Source of the DNA: Stegostoma tigrinum
Taxonomy: Eukaryota
DNA: 64,000 nucleotides
Reading direction: 5' to 3'
Assembly: GCF_030684315.1 (NCBI RefSeq)
Contig: NC_081369.1
Span: 9,338,035-9,402,034 of the forward strand
Position numbers and translations under genes: made by a program. Shown here piece by piece: positions 12,846-26,640 of the stretch (its first letter is position 1; the number at the start of each line of letters is the position of its first letter). The notes beneath the pieces were generated by a model. The model did no database searches, had not been told where the DNA came from, and saw nothing but the letters and a program-made list of their open reading frames with translations.

Positions 12846-14814
12846 GAGGGTCTACATTACATTCTTAATACATTTTGACGGCTGGTCCATAGCAGTTGTC
12901 CTTGTGAATATGCACATCCATTGTTTTTACTTCCTCTCCTTTAGAGGATTGTGTAGACAAGTATAACTGCTGTTAGTATTCATTGACTCACAGTTACTAT
13001 TGATGTATCTGTTCAATTAAAACAAGGCCCTGAAATCATGACTGCCACCAAAAACCGAGCCATTACCTTCTCCTGCACATTCCCTCTTCTGAAATAATCT
13101 AGCAGTGAATGTTTGCTTGATGAATCTTGGTGACACGACAATGCTGGGAACAGGACTAAATGAAGGAAAGAATTTCACACCAAAAAGGGCAATGGCTCTT
13201 TGCAGCTGCTCAACATTAAGTGTGAAAGATGCATGGATCTATTTCTATGGAGTGTCATTTTAAAGCAAAGTAATTGGTAACTGGATTGCATCTCTGTTCA
13301 TTGCACATGATATGTATGATTACAGAAAAGAGATGAATAAGATGAGAATGCCCCACAACTCTGTTATAGCATTAGTGCAGGTTAGATTAGAATTGAATTG
13401 GTAAACCGCTCAGATTTGGGTGTGGAGGTTTAACATAAAGCCTAATTGAAAGGAGAATGCTTGGAATTTAATTCCTTAAAATTGATTTTTGATGGAATGT
13501 TCTTGCAAAAAAATTGCAGAAAAATGCATTTGTGTATTCAAAAGCTAAATTCCTGTCTATCTAAGGCACTCTTCTCCTCTTTAAAATATTTACAGTGCAA
13601 AATCACGTACAGTTGCTTTATGGAAACGTTTAGTCAGTAGTATGAAAAAAAGGAGATAGTGATGCACAATTTGTATTTTATTAATATAATGAAGCTTACA
13701 GAACTAATGTTAATGCAGGATGTTGCGTACGTCAGATGTAAAGAATGTCTACTTATAAATATTTTAGAAATTAACTCGTTTAAAAACGTCTAAAACAATT
13801 CCATGCCATAATCTTAATCTGATCAGATTTCTCTTCATGACCTTCAAGATAATGTTGTATTTGTGGTATTTCTTGGTCTCGAGAAATGTTAAAAAGATAA
13901 ATTTTCACATCGTGGAAAATGTACTGCCTAGGTACGAATAATCAACAGTTCCTGCTTCATACAAACAGTATTTAATACCAAAAAGGGATCAACCATTTCA
14001 ATTGAAGAATCACTCTTCCTTAATCGTAACTGAGAAGCATATAAAATGAGAAGAGTAGTAGGCTATTTGACCCATGAATAGAGACAATTTATTTAATTCA
14101 TCAGCTTGTATTTATAAACTACACATTCTTTTTGGGTAAGATTTCCAAATGCTTGGAAATGATGCAACCACATTATGGAGAATTGTTAATGATTGAGAGC
14201 AACATTTATGTAATTGGGAAGATAATTGACAAAGGAGAGGTAATACTGAAAATATTGTACATTCAGTGAAAGTACTTAAAGGAGCAATACTTTGGATTAA
14301 ATATAAGTTTCGCAGAATGTTCAGAACAATGACTCGGAACTTCACATGAGAATAACATCTTCAACTGTCCAGAGAACAAGAGTGAATTATTGATAAACCA
14401 AGTGGATGAAGAGCCAAATCAACATTTCCAGATAAGGACAGAGATTTCTGAAGCTTTGTGATGATCTGTTAAGAGCACTGCACAATGGGGATCATCATTT
14501 CACAAAAGACAAAGGCACTTGCACTGAACTGGGTGAATCCAAGTGTTATAGAAATGTTGGAAGATGTAAGAGTCTATAGATTGGGAGAGAAGGGAAAAAG
14601 AAATGTGATACAGTTAAGACACATTCAGCATTGATTCAGAACAATGGGCCCTTTGTTTAAATTAACAAAACTAATTTTTAAATTGAAAATTAGCCAAACA
14701 CTCACTTATAAATATTTAGAGAACTTGCCATGGTTAAATGTGGATGAATGAAATTCTACATCAACAGGAATCATGAAAGAGTGAGATAACTTTTCTTGCT
14801 CTTGACTATTTTAA

Positions 14815-16942
14815 AGATTTAGGGAGCATAGGATGGGGAAGGAAACTGCAGGGGATGGGCACATTAGAAATGTGGAGCTTATTCAAGGAAAAGCTCCTGT
14901 GTGTCCTAGATAAGTATGTACCTGTCAGGCAGGGAAGAAGCTGTAGAGTGCGGGAGCCGTGGTTTACGAAGGAGGTGGAATCTCTCTTCAAGAGGAAGAA
15001 GAAGACTTATGTTAGGATGAGATGTGAAGGCTCAGTTAGGGCACTTGAGGGCTACGAGGTAGCCAGGAAAGACACAAAGAGAGAGCTCAGAAGAGCCAGG
15101 AGGAGACATGAAAAGTTGTTGGCGGATAGAATCAGGGTAAACCCTGAGGCTTTCTATAGGTATTTAAGGAGTAAAAGAATGACGAAAGTAAGATTAGGCC
15201 CAATCAAGGATAGTAGTGGTAAGTTGTGTGTGGAGTCAGATGAGATAGGGGAAGCGCTAAATGAATATTTTTCAACAGTATTCACTCTAGAAAATGAAAA
15301 TGTTGTCGAGGAGTATATTGAGATACAGGCTACTAGACTAGGTGGGATTGAGGTTCACAAGGAAGAGGTATTAGAAATCCTACAGAGAGTGAAGATAGAT
15401 AAGTCCCCTGGGCCGGATGGGATTTATCCTCGGATCCTCTGGGAAGCCAGGGAGGAGATTGCTGAGCCTTTGGCATTGATCTTTAACTCGTCATTGCCTA
15501 CAGGAATAGTGTCAGATGACTGGAGGATAGCAAATGTGGTTCCCCTGTTCAAGAAAGGGAGTAGAGACCACCCTGGTAATTATAGACCAGTGAGCCTTAT
15601 CTCAGTTGTTGTAAAGTGTTGGAAAAGGTTATAAGGGATAGGATTTATAATCATCTAGAAAAGAATAAATTGATTAGGTATAGTCAGCACGGTTTTGCGA
15701 AGGGAAGGTCGTGCCTCACAAACCTTATTGAGTTCTTTGAGAAGGTGACCAAACAGGCAGATGAGAGTAAACCGGTTGATGTGGTGTATATGGATTTGGG
15801 CAAGGCGTTCGATAAGGTTCCCCACAATAGGCTATTGTACAAAATGCGGAGGAATGGATTTGTGGGTGATATAGCAGTTTGGATCGGAAATTGGGTTGCT
15901 GAAAGAAGACAGTGGGTGGTCGTTGATGGGAAATGTTCATCCTGGAGAGCAGTTACTAGTGGTGTACCGCAAGGGTCAGTGTTGGGTCCACTGCTGTTTG
16001 TCATTTTTATAAATGACCTGGATGAGGGCGTAGAAGGATGGGTTAGTAAATTTGCAGATGACGCTAAGGTCGGTGGAGTTGTGGATAGTGACGAAGGATG
16101 CTATAGGTTGCAGAGAGACATGGATAAGCTGCAGAGCTGGGCTGAGAGGTGGCAAATGGAGTTTAATGCAGACAAATGTGAGGTGATGCACTTTGGTAGG
16201 AGTAACCGGAAGGCAAATTACAGGGCTAATGGTAAGATTCTTAGTAGTGTAGATGAGCAGAGAGATCTCGGATGTCCATGTACACATATCCTTGAAAGTT
16301 GCCACCCAGGTTGACAGGGCTGTTAAGAAGGCATACAGTGTTTTAGCTTTTATTAATAGAGGGATCGAGTTCCGGAACCAAGAGGTTATGGTGAAGCTGT
16401 GCAAAACTCTGGTGCGGCCGCACTTGGAGTATTGTACACAGTTCTGGTCACTGCATTATAAGAAGGATGTGGAAGCTTTGGAAAGGGTGCAGAGGAGATT
16501 TACTAAGATGTTGCCTGGTATGGAGGGAAGGTCTTACGAGGAAAGGCTGAGGGACTTGAGGCTGTTTTCATTAGAGAGAAGAAGGTTGAGAGGTGACTTA
16601 GTTGAAACATATAAAATAATCAGAGGGTTAGATAGGGTGGATAGGGAGAGCCTTTTTCCTGGGATGGTTACGGCGAACACAAGGGGGCATAGCTTTAAAT
16701 TGAGGGGTGAAAGGTATAGGACAGATGTCAGAGGTAGTTTCTTTACTCAGAGATTAGTAAGGAAATGGAATGCTTTGCCTGCAACGGTAGTAGATTCGCT
16801 AACTTTAGGTACATTTAAGGCGTCATTGGATAAGCATATGGACGTATATGGAATAGTGTAGGTTAGATGGGCTTGAGATTGGTATGAAAGGTCGGCACAA
16901 CATCGAGGGCCGAAGGGCCTGTACTGTGCTGTAATGTTCTAT
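14815..16942 (+). mobile_element. 5'-truncated CR1/HER1 LINE with near-intact ORF2 reverse transcriptase (frameshifts near 15610 and 16270)
   Basis: ORFs 14855-15634, 15616-16314 and 16253-16861 give KSPGPDGIYP, W..ANVVPLFKKG, NYRPVSL, QHGF..GRSCLTNL, AFDKVPH, GVPQGSVLGPLLF, FADD and LVRPHLEYC, ending in a CR1 tail. Confidence 0.97.
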
Positions 16943-18039
16943 TTTGCAATATGTTGACACTAATTCGGTCCATATTAAACCATTCATTTTAATGATATGA
17001 TTTGAACCATATGCTCACTTTGTAAAGAAATTGAAACCTCTCCGGAGAAAAAGATGCATAAATTTACAGTCAATGGTTTTTCAGTTTGTTTGAGCTTTGT
17101 TCGTTCATGAGTATTATATCATTTCACATTCAAGCATTCTTTGTGGGCTGAAGGGCCTGTTCTGTGCTGTACTGTTCTATGTTCTCTATATTCTATATCA
17201 TGCCTGGAGAACTCAGCTATAAGGATCTGATGTATCATGATGTGTATGCATTATTTTGTAAGATTTGCATTGCAATAAATCTTGGACACACTGACTGTAT
17301 TTGCTAGCCATTCGCACAATTACTTAATTCGATACAGAATCTAAAATCACACTGGGTTTTGATGTCATTTTCTCGGAGAAGCCATGCTTTCATCTGACTT
17401 CAGTCAAGTTTTCCTCAAACTGAATCCAGCAGCTTTTAATCATTTAAAAAAAGGACAATGGTCTGCAACAGCTGATGGCCCATTGTTTTCAATATCCAGT
17501 GGTAAACTCCCAATGTCTAAAAAATCATGAGTGCTCCAGACGTTGTTAAACTTTCCTGTTCAGTATAACTCAGGAAGCCCGACTGGAAAGGATCATTGTA
17601 TTTTGTTGAATATTAAAGACGAGCCGATGCTTGGGATATGCAGAGACTACTGCCAAGCCAGAACAGACAATTCTGCAGATGCATTCTGAATCTGCTTCTT
17701 TTTTTTCCTAAAAGAAAGATTAACCTGCTTTTGTAAGCAACATGTTCAGAGATGTTTGTATGCAGCTCGGGAGTAGGTGGGACAAAAAGTTGTGTCTTCT
17801 GGTCCAGCAATAGGGACATTACCACTGTTCCACCAGAGGGTTCTTCCGTGTCTTTTAAAAAATCTAAATGTCATGCAACAACCATACACCATGAGACAAA
17901 AGTAAAACACTGATGCCGAAAATCTGAATTAAGCACAAAGAATGTTGGAGAAGCTCAGTGGCTCTGTTGATTTTTCAGTCCATGTGATATATCCCCATTG
18001 CTGTGAGGGAGGTTGTTTTAGCATTCCAGATAACATTTG

Positions 18040-19035
18040 AATTCATACCTAACAAAGGGTTAATCAAAATGTAAGACCCGTGATGTTGCAGATAGTATAT
18101 TGGTATGGATGGAAAATTGGCTCAAGGGTTGCCAACAGTGATTGGGGAGCAGGTGTTCTATTTCAGGATGTCAACTTGTAATCAGTGGGGCTCTACAAGG
18201 ATCAGTGCTAGGACCAAGACTGTTTACAATACATGTTAATAACTTAGAAGAATGAATTGAATACATTGCAACCACATTTTCAGACAACAGAAAAATGGGT
18301 AGAACAGGAGATGATATTGGAATCATCTAGGCCTGAAACATCAGCTTTTCTGCTCCTCTGGTGCTGCTTGGCCTGCTGTGTTCATTCAGCTCTACACCTC
18401 ATTATCTCAAGATCATCAGGTAAATAAGTGGGAAAATTCTTGCAAGTAGAGTGTGAAATCAGAAAATGTGAAGCTTTTCATTTTAAAAGGGAGAACAAAA
18501 GAACAGATAATTCCTCAAGGTGGAACAAAAGGCTCCAAGATGCAGGGATTGGAGGTTACCTGTGCAAAAAACACAGAAAGCAAGTACACAGGTGCAGCAG
18601 GTAATTTGGAAAGTTAATGGAACATTGACCCTTATTCCAAGGGAGTTTGAATATGAGCGTTAGGAAATCTGAATGCAACTGTCCAAGGTGATGATGAGAC
18701 AATATCTGAAGTGTTATGAGCGGTGTTGTCTATATATAAAAGGAAAAATATAGTTTCATTGAGGCTAGTTCCGTGAAGGTCCTCTAGGAATATCCCTGTT
18801 ATAGAGATAATGTCTTATGAGCAACCACTAATACAGATTAGGAGTCTATTCACTGCAGTTTGGAAGAATAAGAGATCATCTCATTGAAACACCTAGGACT
18901 CTTAAAGGGCTCGACAGGATCGATTCAGAGATGTTTCTCCTCCTGCGAGAGTCTACATGCAGAGTACTTAGTCTCAGAATAAAGGGGAACAAATTTTAGG
19001 GTCAGATAGGAGGAATTTCTTCTCTCAGAATGTTG
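18040..19035 (+). mobile_element. Old CR1 RT fragment interrupted by a Penelope pLTR fragment (18325-18410)
   Basis: Degenerate ...QGSVLG..LF...VNNL.. RT pattern and ORF2 C-terminal pattern. The inserted tctaggcctgaaacatcagctttt...ggcctgctgtgttcat matches the pLTR family. Confidence 0.8.
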
Positions 19036-19189
19036 ACAGAGCTCCTTTGCTCATCATTTGTTAAAAAATAGTAAACTGAGTCCAGTCCATGTGACAAGAA
19101 ATTTAAAGACTATTAGTAATTACTTCTGGTCATATTGGACATGTGCCAACTGTTCCTTCTAAGTCTCTGGGTCAAACTCCTGGGTCAAC

Positions 19190-19455
19190 TTACAAAATGG
19201 AGGACTGCAGCTTTTCAAGAAGTCAGCTCACCACTGCCTTTTCAAGGGGACCTGGGGACAAGCAAGAAATACTGACCAGCCAGCAGTGCCCATATAATAA
19301 AAATGAGAAACAAAGTTTGCCATCCCAGATTTTTATTTTATATCAAATTCAAATTTCACCATCAGTCATGACAGAATTCAAATCCGGGTCCATGGCTCAT
19401 TATCTGATTTTATGGGTTAATAGTCTAGTGATAATACTACAAAACCAATATCTCC
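19190..19455. mobile_element. DeuSINE-type fragments (3' part on +, tRNA head on -)
   Basis: Similar to the 3' and 5' ends of the SINE at 30245-30606. Confidence 0.55.
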
Positions 19456-20044
19456 CCAGTGGGTTGCCTGTTCCACCTATCTCCATCCTGCCTCGTCATG
19501 TTCTTGTTATTGTAAACTGAGACCAAAGGGCTAAATAACATCAATTTTCACAGTGGGCTCCTTGGCTAATTTCATGATCTTGCATATGCACTAATCAATT
19601 TTAAACATAAGGCCTCCAATCTACAATAAAGTGATGCTGTGCCCATTTTGTCCAAGTAGTTTTCCAATGATACTTGTGATAACCTACTGTTGTTTCTTTG
19701 TGAGGAGGCGTTTGTCGGTTATAGATGGCGAAGGATCTTGTCTGAAAACATTGGGCTAGGATTCACTTACAATGCATAGCAATCATCCTACAGTCCTCCG
19801 TCATAGTTGCGTTTGGTGTTGGTGTTAGTGGTGGATCAATCTGTTTCCCAGAGCCCACCTTAAGCAATTCTGTGCTTTCTTCTCATTCTTGCAGACCCTT
19901 GTTTTGACTCTTGTGCCCTTACTTTCTGCTTCATTTCCTGCCCATCAACCAATAATCTGCTCAATTTGTGGCCTAATTCCTTGCAGTTTCGACACTTCAG
20001 GTGATGTTTCTCCTTCTTGTCTTATTCCATAATATTGGATATGC

Positions 20045-20480
20045 AGTCATAGAGTCATATGACAAAAGAGGCCCCTTGGCTGATCGATCTATTTACACTA
20101 TTGCCGCTTCAGAGCATTTGGTCCATAGTCTTAAATGTTATGATTTCAAACAGTTATTGAAATACTTTTTAAATGTTGTTTTACCAACTCAAAAGGTTTA
20201 CCAACTCAACTACCCTCCTGGACAGTGGAATCCACAATCCTATCATCCTCTGGTTGAAATTAGTTTCTCCTCAAATGCCACTAAATCCCCCCTTCCTTTT
20301 CATTTAAAATTATTGCCTCTCCTAACAGAATCTTTCACGAAGAGGAATGCCTGTTTCCTATGCACCCTGTTAATGCCTCTCATAATCTTATACACCTCTG
20401 TCAGCAATTACCACTATCACCACCACCAGCCCGGATACTGCTGCTCTAACTTAAACAAGACGAGCCTGTTGCAGGGAGAA
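20045..20480 (-). mobile_element. Old CR1 3' fragment
   Basis: The tail (cagtcatagagtcat) and an ORF2 C-terminal pattern (cctcataatcttatacacctct) are in reverse orientation. The 171-aa + ORF is antisense noise. Confidence 0.75.
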
Positions 20481-21639
20481 ATAGCGAAGAGTATTCTTGA
20501 GATCTGTGTTCCATAATACAAGCAATTTTTATCTTGTGCGCTTTTGCTACATATGTGGAAGAGGCCAGCGACGAATTTGAAGCTGACTTTCACATGGTAC
20601 CCAGATGCCTTCTTAATACAGCCTAGATTGGAAGAGATGTCAATGATGGCCTAGGTTCCAAAACTGAATAGAACAATATTATACGTTTTGTGTTACAATA
20701 ATCACACACGAAATTGATGTCATTGTTAGCCACATCTTCATAATATGAGCATCCAATCTAGTAAACATATGATGAATGATGGATAATTGTATGGAGTCCC
20801 ACATTCATTACCAATAACCTAAATATTTGTTTATCATTAAGAACTTTTCCAAATTTTGTATGAACTTCAGTGTGGCAGACTAGGAACGCCATTAATTTCT
20901 AGCATATATAACAAAATGTTTGAAATCAATAGTAGTATAAATTTTCTACAATTTTGTGGCACAGATGACAAATTGAGAACAACTTTTCTCTGATTTGAGA
21001 CGGGGGGGGGGGGGTCAAGCAAACAGTCCTTCTGATTTGCAGCTGAAGTTTATAACTCCTGCTGTTTGTGTGCTGTAAGTGACTTTTTAAAAAAGTTTCA
21101 TTTTAAGATACATCTTTACTTTTTCTACACTGAATACTTCCCATTACTAATTATCTTTTCTTAATAGAAAGCATGCATATGAATTCCACTGATGAGGGTG
21201 AAATTCAATCACTATACAGCTTTAAAAAGCTATTGTATGAAACTTGTTTAGATTGCACAAATAACTAGGGCAGATAACCATATGTTGCTCTGTATTTTGC
21301 AATTAAGTCTCACATGTTTGTTTCTCCTCTGTCGTCACCTCTCTTCTTACAACATTTCTCTGCCCTCCTTCTATGTCAATGGTCACTTGGAGATCATGTT
21401 TACACCATTTATTACTTTTCTCTAATAATGTTATAGGCCTCTTTAGTGCCTACAAACTTGATTACACTAATTTGTTGTTGCATTTCTAATTCTAAAATTA
21501 CCTTAAAAGCTCAGAATACTTCAGCATCAACATTTTCCTTTCATTGTTTACAAAATCATAAGTTCAGGACTGTGGTTTAACTGGGTCTTTCAAAAATGCC
21601 CCTTACTAAAATGATTATGTGTTTAGAACTGGTATAGTG

Positions 21640-22222
21640 ATAGTAGGAACTGCTAATGCTGGAGAATCTGAGACAACATGGTGTGAAGCTGGATGAACAC
21701 AGCAGGCCAAGCTGTCCAGTTTTGGTCGCCTCATTGCAGGAAAGATGTGGAAGAGGTGTAGAGGAGATTTACCAGGATGTTGCCTGGAATGGAGGGAAGA
21801 TCTTAAGAGGAAAGGTTGAGAGAGCTAGGGCTGTTCTCTTTAGAATGGCAAAGGATGAGAGGGGGCTTCATAGAGGTGTACAAAATGATCAAAGGTGTAG
21901 ATAGTATGGACAGCCAGAGGCTTTTTCCTAAGATGGAGGTAGCTATTATGAGGGGCATTGTTTTAAAGTGAGCGGAGGTAGATATAGGGGAGATGTCAAA
22001 AGTAGGTTCTTTATTCAGAGAGTGGTAGGGCTGTGGAATGCATTGCCGGAGAGGGTAGTGGAGTTGGCCTCATTAGGGCATTTAAGCAGCTATTAGACAG
22101 GCATATGGATGATAGTATATGGTAGAGGTGGAGGTTAGCTAGACCTTAGGTTTAGGATAAAACTTCGGCACAACATTGTGGGCTGAAGGGCCGGTACTGT
22201 GCTGTACTGTTCTATGTTCTAT
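21640..22222 (+). mobile_element. CR1 3' fragment (21714-22222) preceded by an inverted Penelope pLTR fragment (21640-21712)
   Basis: CR1 ORF2 C-terminal pattern and tail tgtgctgtactgttctatgttctatg. The pLTR segment reads ggaactgc..atgctggagaatc...gctggatgaacacagcaggccaagc. Confidence 0.9.
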
Positions 22223-25200
22223 GGACCACACTGGTGCTGTAAACTGAACTCCTCATTCAAAACATTGTTTTTCTTTCAGATTTCCACCACCATAGTTCTT
22301 TGAGTTATTTTTGTGTTTACGCACCTTCAAAATGTTTATAAGGAATCATCACCTCTCTCCTGGTTGGTAGTACAAATGAAATTTCATTTGGTAGTGACTG
22401 TTCTCCTTGACAATCATATCGGCTTCAGCTTTCTTTTGTATTGTGCCAAATACAACAAACCAATGACTGCTGGTTCTATGAGCCTCCTTTGCATTTACTC
22501 TGAAATTGTCTTTTGTTTTATTTTTAATCTCCGAGACATTGACCAGTTCTGCAGCAACTGTGTTTAGCCTGGCTGCGATTGGGGGCGTATCTCTTCCTAA
22601 AGTGTCTGGGAATCTTTACCCCAACTCTCACATACATGTCATGGAGATTATACATGTATTAATCTTCCATTACCTCAAGTTTATTCCAGAAATCCATATT
22701 TAATTTTTAAGAGTTGAATTGGCGAGCATTCCCATCGCCATCTGTTCCTCAACCAGTGTGAAGGGGGTGGATTCCACCGTTGACTGGCATTAATTACCCC
22801 GTTTATATGTCATTCCTTCTTGTAACATGAGGTGCACATCTGTTAGTGTGTTTGCTTCAGAGAGGCTATAGGAACTACCACATCATTGTTTGATGCTTGC
22901 TCCAAATCATCACAACATATGTTGTACTCTGTTGTTTATTTTTCTAAAACTTCTACGGCTCAAGTCTTTTTTTTATCAGCAGGCAACAGCAAGATGAGTC
23001 ACTGTCTTGTAGTCTTTATAGCACTCATTACATTTTGTCTCATCTCAATTTGATTTTGTCATTTGTTTGATGGATTTTAAGCAGATAGTAATACTTAAAA
23101 TATTCATATCACGCACTTCTGTCCCCTTTTGTCATTTTGAGTTTCTCAATATTCATTCAATTGAACTGGAGATCTTCTGGGCTTTGTTCTCCCTTTTTCA
23201 ACTGATTTATTTGTGTTTTGTTAATGTTGATCTATTATAGATCTGTTTCATGACTCCTAAAGTGATCATACACTATCAATGGTGCTGAACAAAGTTATTT
23301 GTCATTGGCTTGTGCTCATTAACCTTTGGCCACTGTCTCTCCATATGTTTCAATTTCACCCATTTTGCGGGAAGATTTTGCCCAATTTTGAAAACTACTG
23401 GCTGCCAACTGCACAGATTCTGCATTCTCAGTTCCAGCCAACTCACAGGTTAATGGCTTTTGCAATCTGGGTCACATAATTCCTGATTTACACCTTAACT
23501 ACATGTGGTAAAATAACCTGGCTGGTGTCTCCTGCAGTTAGTCTATCAGTTGCCTCAGGGACCTTGCTCATAGTGACAATTGTTGGGAATCTCAAGATAC
23601 TCTGCAGGAGTCACTTTTAAATACAAGCAAGAAGCATTTTATTATTTGTGGAATGTATACATTACAGGAACTCTCAAATTTCTCTGAGAGGCATCTCAAG
23701 AACTTAACTCATTTCTAGTGCTTTTTGACCACGCCATGTAAGATTACCCAATGGACCATGATAAACTATATTACCTCGTTCTGACCAGTGCTTAATGTAA
23801 TCCTAAACCAGTCACACAGGTAGCATACTGCAGAAGAGAACACAATTGCATGATTTGAGTGATCGTAGGTGTTCAGCATCATTTACCATGACTTTCCAGT
23901 GACTAACCCAGGTTTGTGATTCAATCTCTAGGTGACAGCAGTGATTTGACAATAGATGCATTAGCCAGATGAGAGGAGTGGATTGATGCGCCACAGACTC
24001 TAGAAGTTGGTTGTAACATCCCTGAGCATTTTAATGAAAATAATAATAATAACAGATAGCTGCCCCTAGTGATCTTGACATGTAACAAGGAAGAGGAAGG
24101 TGCAGTGATTATGTCATTAAACTGAAATTTTTGAGGCTCTGTTGGTGTGGTTCAAATCTAACCAGAGCAGTTGGTAGAGTTTGAAATAACTAAAAATAAA
24201 CAGGACTAACGTGGTTCCCTGGATTTAAGTCATCCTTGTTCAACAGGCTTGTAATGGCCTTTCTAAAAATTGGTTAGGAAGTATTTAAGATTTCACCTCA
24301 GTGACTGACGATAATGGACAACAAACAAAAGTCTTTGCTGAGAGGCAGTTTCCTAAGGAGATCTGAATCCTTGAACTACCAATGAATCTACCCAAGCTGA
24401 TTGGCAAGAACTATATGACAATTGAAAGAAAAACTTCTTTGTTAACAGTTTGCCAGGCACCTGGAAACAGACTTTAAAGGAAGGTTTCGGTGATACATGA
24501 TAACAGCAATTCGGGACTGGGGTCTGAGGGTGAATGTTCATCATTGGACGAGAATTGTTTCCAATTTAGGTTCAACCAATCATTTCCATTTCCTCCCTTG
24601 GCATATTGTTTCCTGAACTTCAGGTGAGCTACAATGGAAGGTGATGTGGTGAACTCAGCCACTCAGGTTCAAAATGTAATCCTGAGGTGTGGCTGTACAG
24701 CCAAACTAGCGTGTCCACATCTTCAATTCCAGGAAATAAAAGTCAGTATGAAATCTCTTGGGCTGCCATATGAGGCAGACCAGACTTGGCTTTGACCACC
24801 CAGTTGGGGCGAGATATGTCTGTTTACAGTTTTAAGTCCGACACTGGAAATAAATTGTACCTTGGGCTAAATGGGTTAAAAATGCAGAAGTTAATGCTTG
24901 AGTTTTCATGGATACATGCTATACCAAGCTTGCTGGATTTTTAGAACAATTTAGGGCTAATACCCTGTTAGGTTGTGGGTCATCAAAATAAAGCTGGGAG
25001 AGGAAAAGTGCTCATCTCGGGGGGAGTAGTTCTCCTGATAATAACAGATATCAGGTTCGATTCAGTATCACTTCATTAATCTCAGTCTTGAAATACAACT
25101 CAGTGATTCAAGGAGATGCTGAGGGATTGGATTTTTATTTGAAAGTATGAAGAAAATAATGAAGAATCAAAAGCCAGGTTTAACTTACTTTTTCGGAAAG

Positions 25201-26185
25201 AAGCGTTTGAGGAACAGAGCACTGAGATGTAGTTGTGGGCCATTAATTGATTTTACAAGAAATGTACGTGCATTTGAGAAAATACCAACTTTTTGAGATG
25301 TCTGTTGAAGCTTTCTGAAGTGTTTCCTTTATTTCAATCCCTGCATTCATGTTACATTAGTCGCATTAGTTATCCCACAACAGCCAGTGCCTTGAAAGCT
25401 TCCACTGTTTTTGCCCTGGTAACATTGCATCCATCTCATCTACTCTTGATTCCTAATCAATGTGACATAGATGGCCTTTTCAGTGCCTCCTTGTTATCTA
25501 TTTTATTTAACTAAAATGCACGAAATACCAACCATTTCATTATGAGTAGAGCAGTGCTCTCTTGGTGATAATATTTGCAAAGTACCAATAAGCCGTGCTA
25601 ACTTCTTCAATTGTTCAATCCACTGTTTGGATCGTAATTCATCAGAATCAATCATCCACCAACCCTTTAGTCATTGTATTTCAACAGTATCTTTTTGGAC
25701 TGCCTTTTCACCTTTCAGTCTCTCTTTTGGTTTCTTTAATCTGTTTTGTTAATTTAACGTAATCTAACATATTTGGGCCTGATTCTTCATTCTGTTAACC
25801 ACTTGGCTTCTGTCACATGTTGCTCCATCTGGCTGCTGACAAAGACTCTGGGCCAAGAATTAATAGTGGCATCTAATTGCTTAGTATTCTGAACTTATCT
25901 GCATCATTTGACATGCTCAACAAAACAGTCATCCATCAATTGTCCTGTGTCACACTCAAAGTGGTTGCACAAATGTGACTTATCAGCAAACAATTCCTTA
26001 GCATTTAAAATTTAACACTGGCCCACTTCCTTAATGGCTGCTCTCTTGTACACTTTTACCTTGCTAGTCATCTTCGTCACACAGCCCCATTTTTGGTTCG
26101 AGGAGAAGGGAGGGTGGGAAGCACCAATGTACTGTTTCAGTTTTAAACACATCTTGATATCAGGTTCTCTCAGACATGCAGTACA

Positions 26186-26470
26186 GTCATGATGACTGTG
26201 GCAATGTCTGCCAGAATTCTACTGTGATGACTCTCAGCTACCCTCTGATTCACTGTGCTTCTTTACTGGGTCATGCAGTTTGTCCTGTGGAGGTCTCCTG
26301 TGTGGTCATGATGACTGTGCTGATGTGTCCCCGAATTCCACCATGATGACTCTCAGCTGCTCTCTGATTTGCTGCCCTTCTTCTTCATCTGGCAGAGGGT
26401 GTCCTGCGGATGTCTACTAAGCAGTCATGATGACTGTGGGGGTGTCTCCCTGACTTCCAATGTGATGACT
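26186..26470 (+). ncRNA. 119-bp tandem repeat (2.4 units), each unit with box C / D' / C' / D architecture; candidate C/D snoRNA-like array
   Basis: Units start at 26186, 26305 and 26424. Each reads ATGATGA-16nt-(CAGA/CCGA/CTGA)-8nt-RTGATGA-14nt-CTGA. The third unit lacks box D and runs into a CR1 fragment. The repeat is certain; RNA function is inferred. Confidence 0.5.
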
Positions 26471-26480
26471 GTTTGTCACG

Positions 26481-26640
26481 CCTCCACAGCCTGCTGTGGC
26501 AATGATTCCATACATTCTCCTTTCTCTGGATGAAGAAGTCGTGCCTTAATTCCTTTCTAAAGGACTTTTCTCTAAGGCTGTGTCCTCGGGTCCTAGTCTC
26601 TCTTGCCTTCCGGAGCATCTTCTCATTGTCCAGACTGTCC
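26481..26640 (-). mobile_element. CR1 3' fragment
   Basis: ETRTRGHSLR..FRKELR..FFIQR...WN in ORF 26385-26675. Confidence 0.8.

Noticed and set aside
20001-20516. 171-aa + strand ORF
   Set aside because: It is the antisense reading of a decayed CR1 3' end.
21002-21014. Poly-G run (also poly-C at 30767-30780)
   Set aside because: Simple homopolymers with no evidence of function.
25870-25960. LNLSASFDM, a possible L2-type RT remnant
   Set aside because: A single short degenerate motif whose boundaries cannot be supported.
26186-26470. CRISPR-like reading of the periodic GTCATGATGAC palindromes
   Set aside because: The context is eukaryotic with no cas genes, and the inter-repeat segments are homologous to each other, so they are tandem units rather than acquired spacers.
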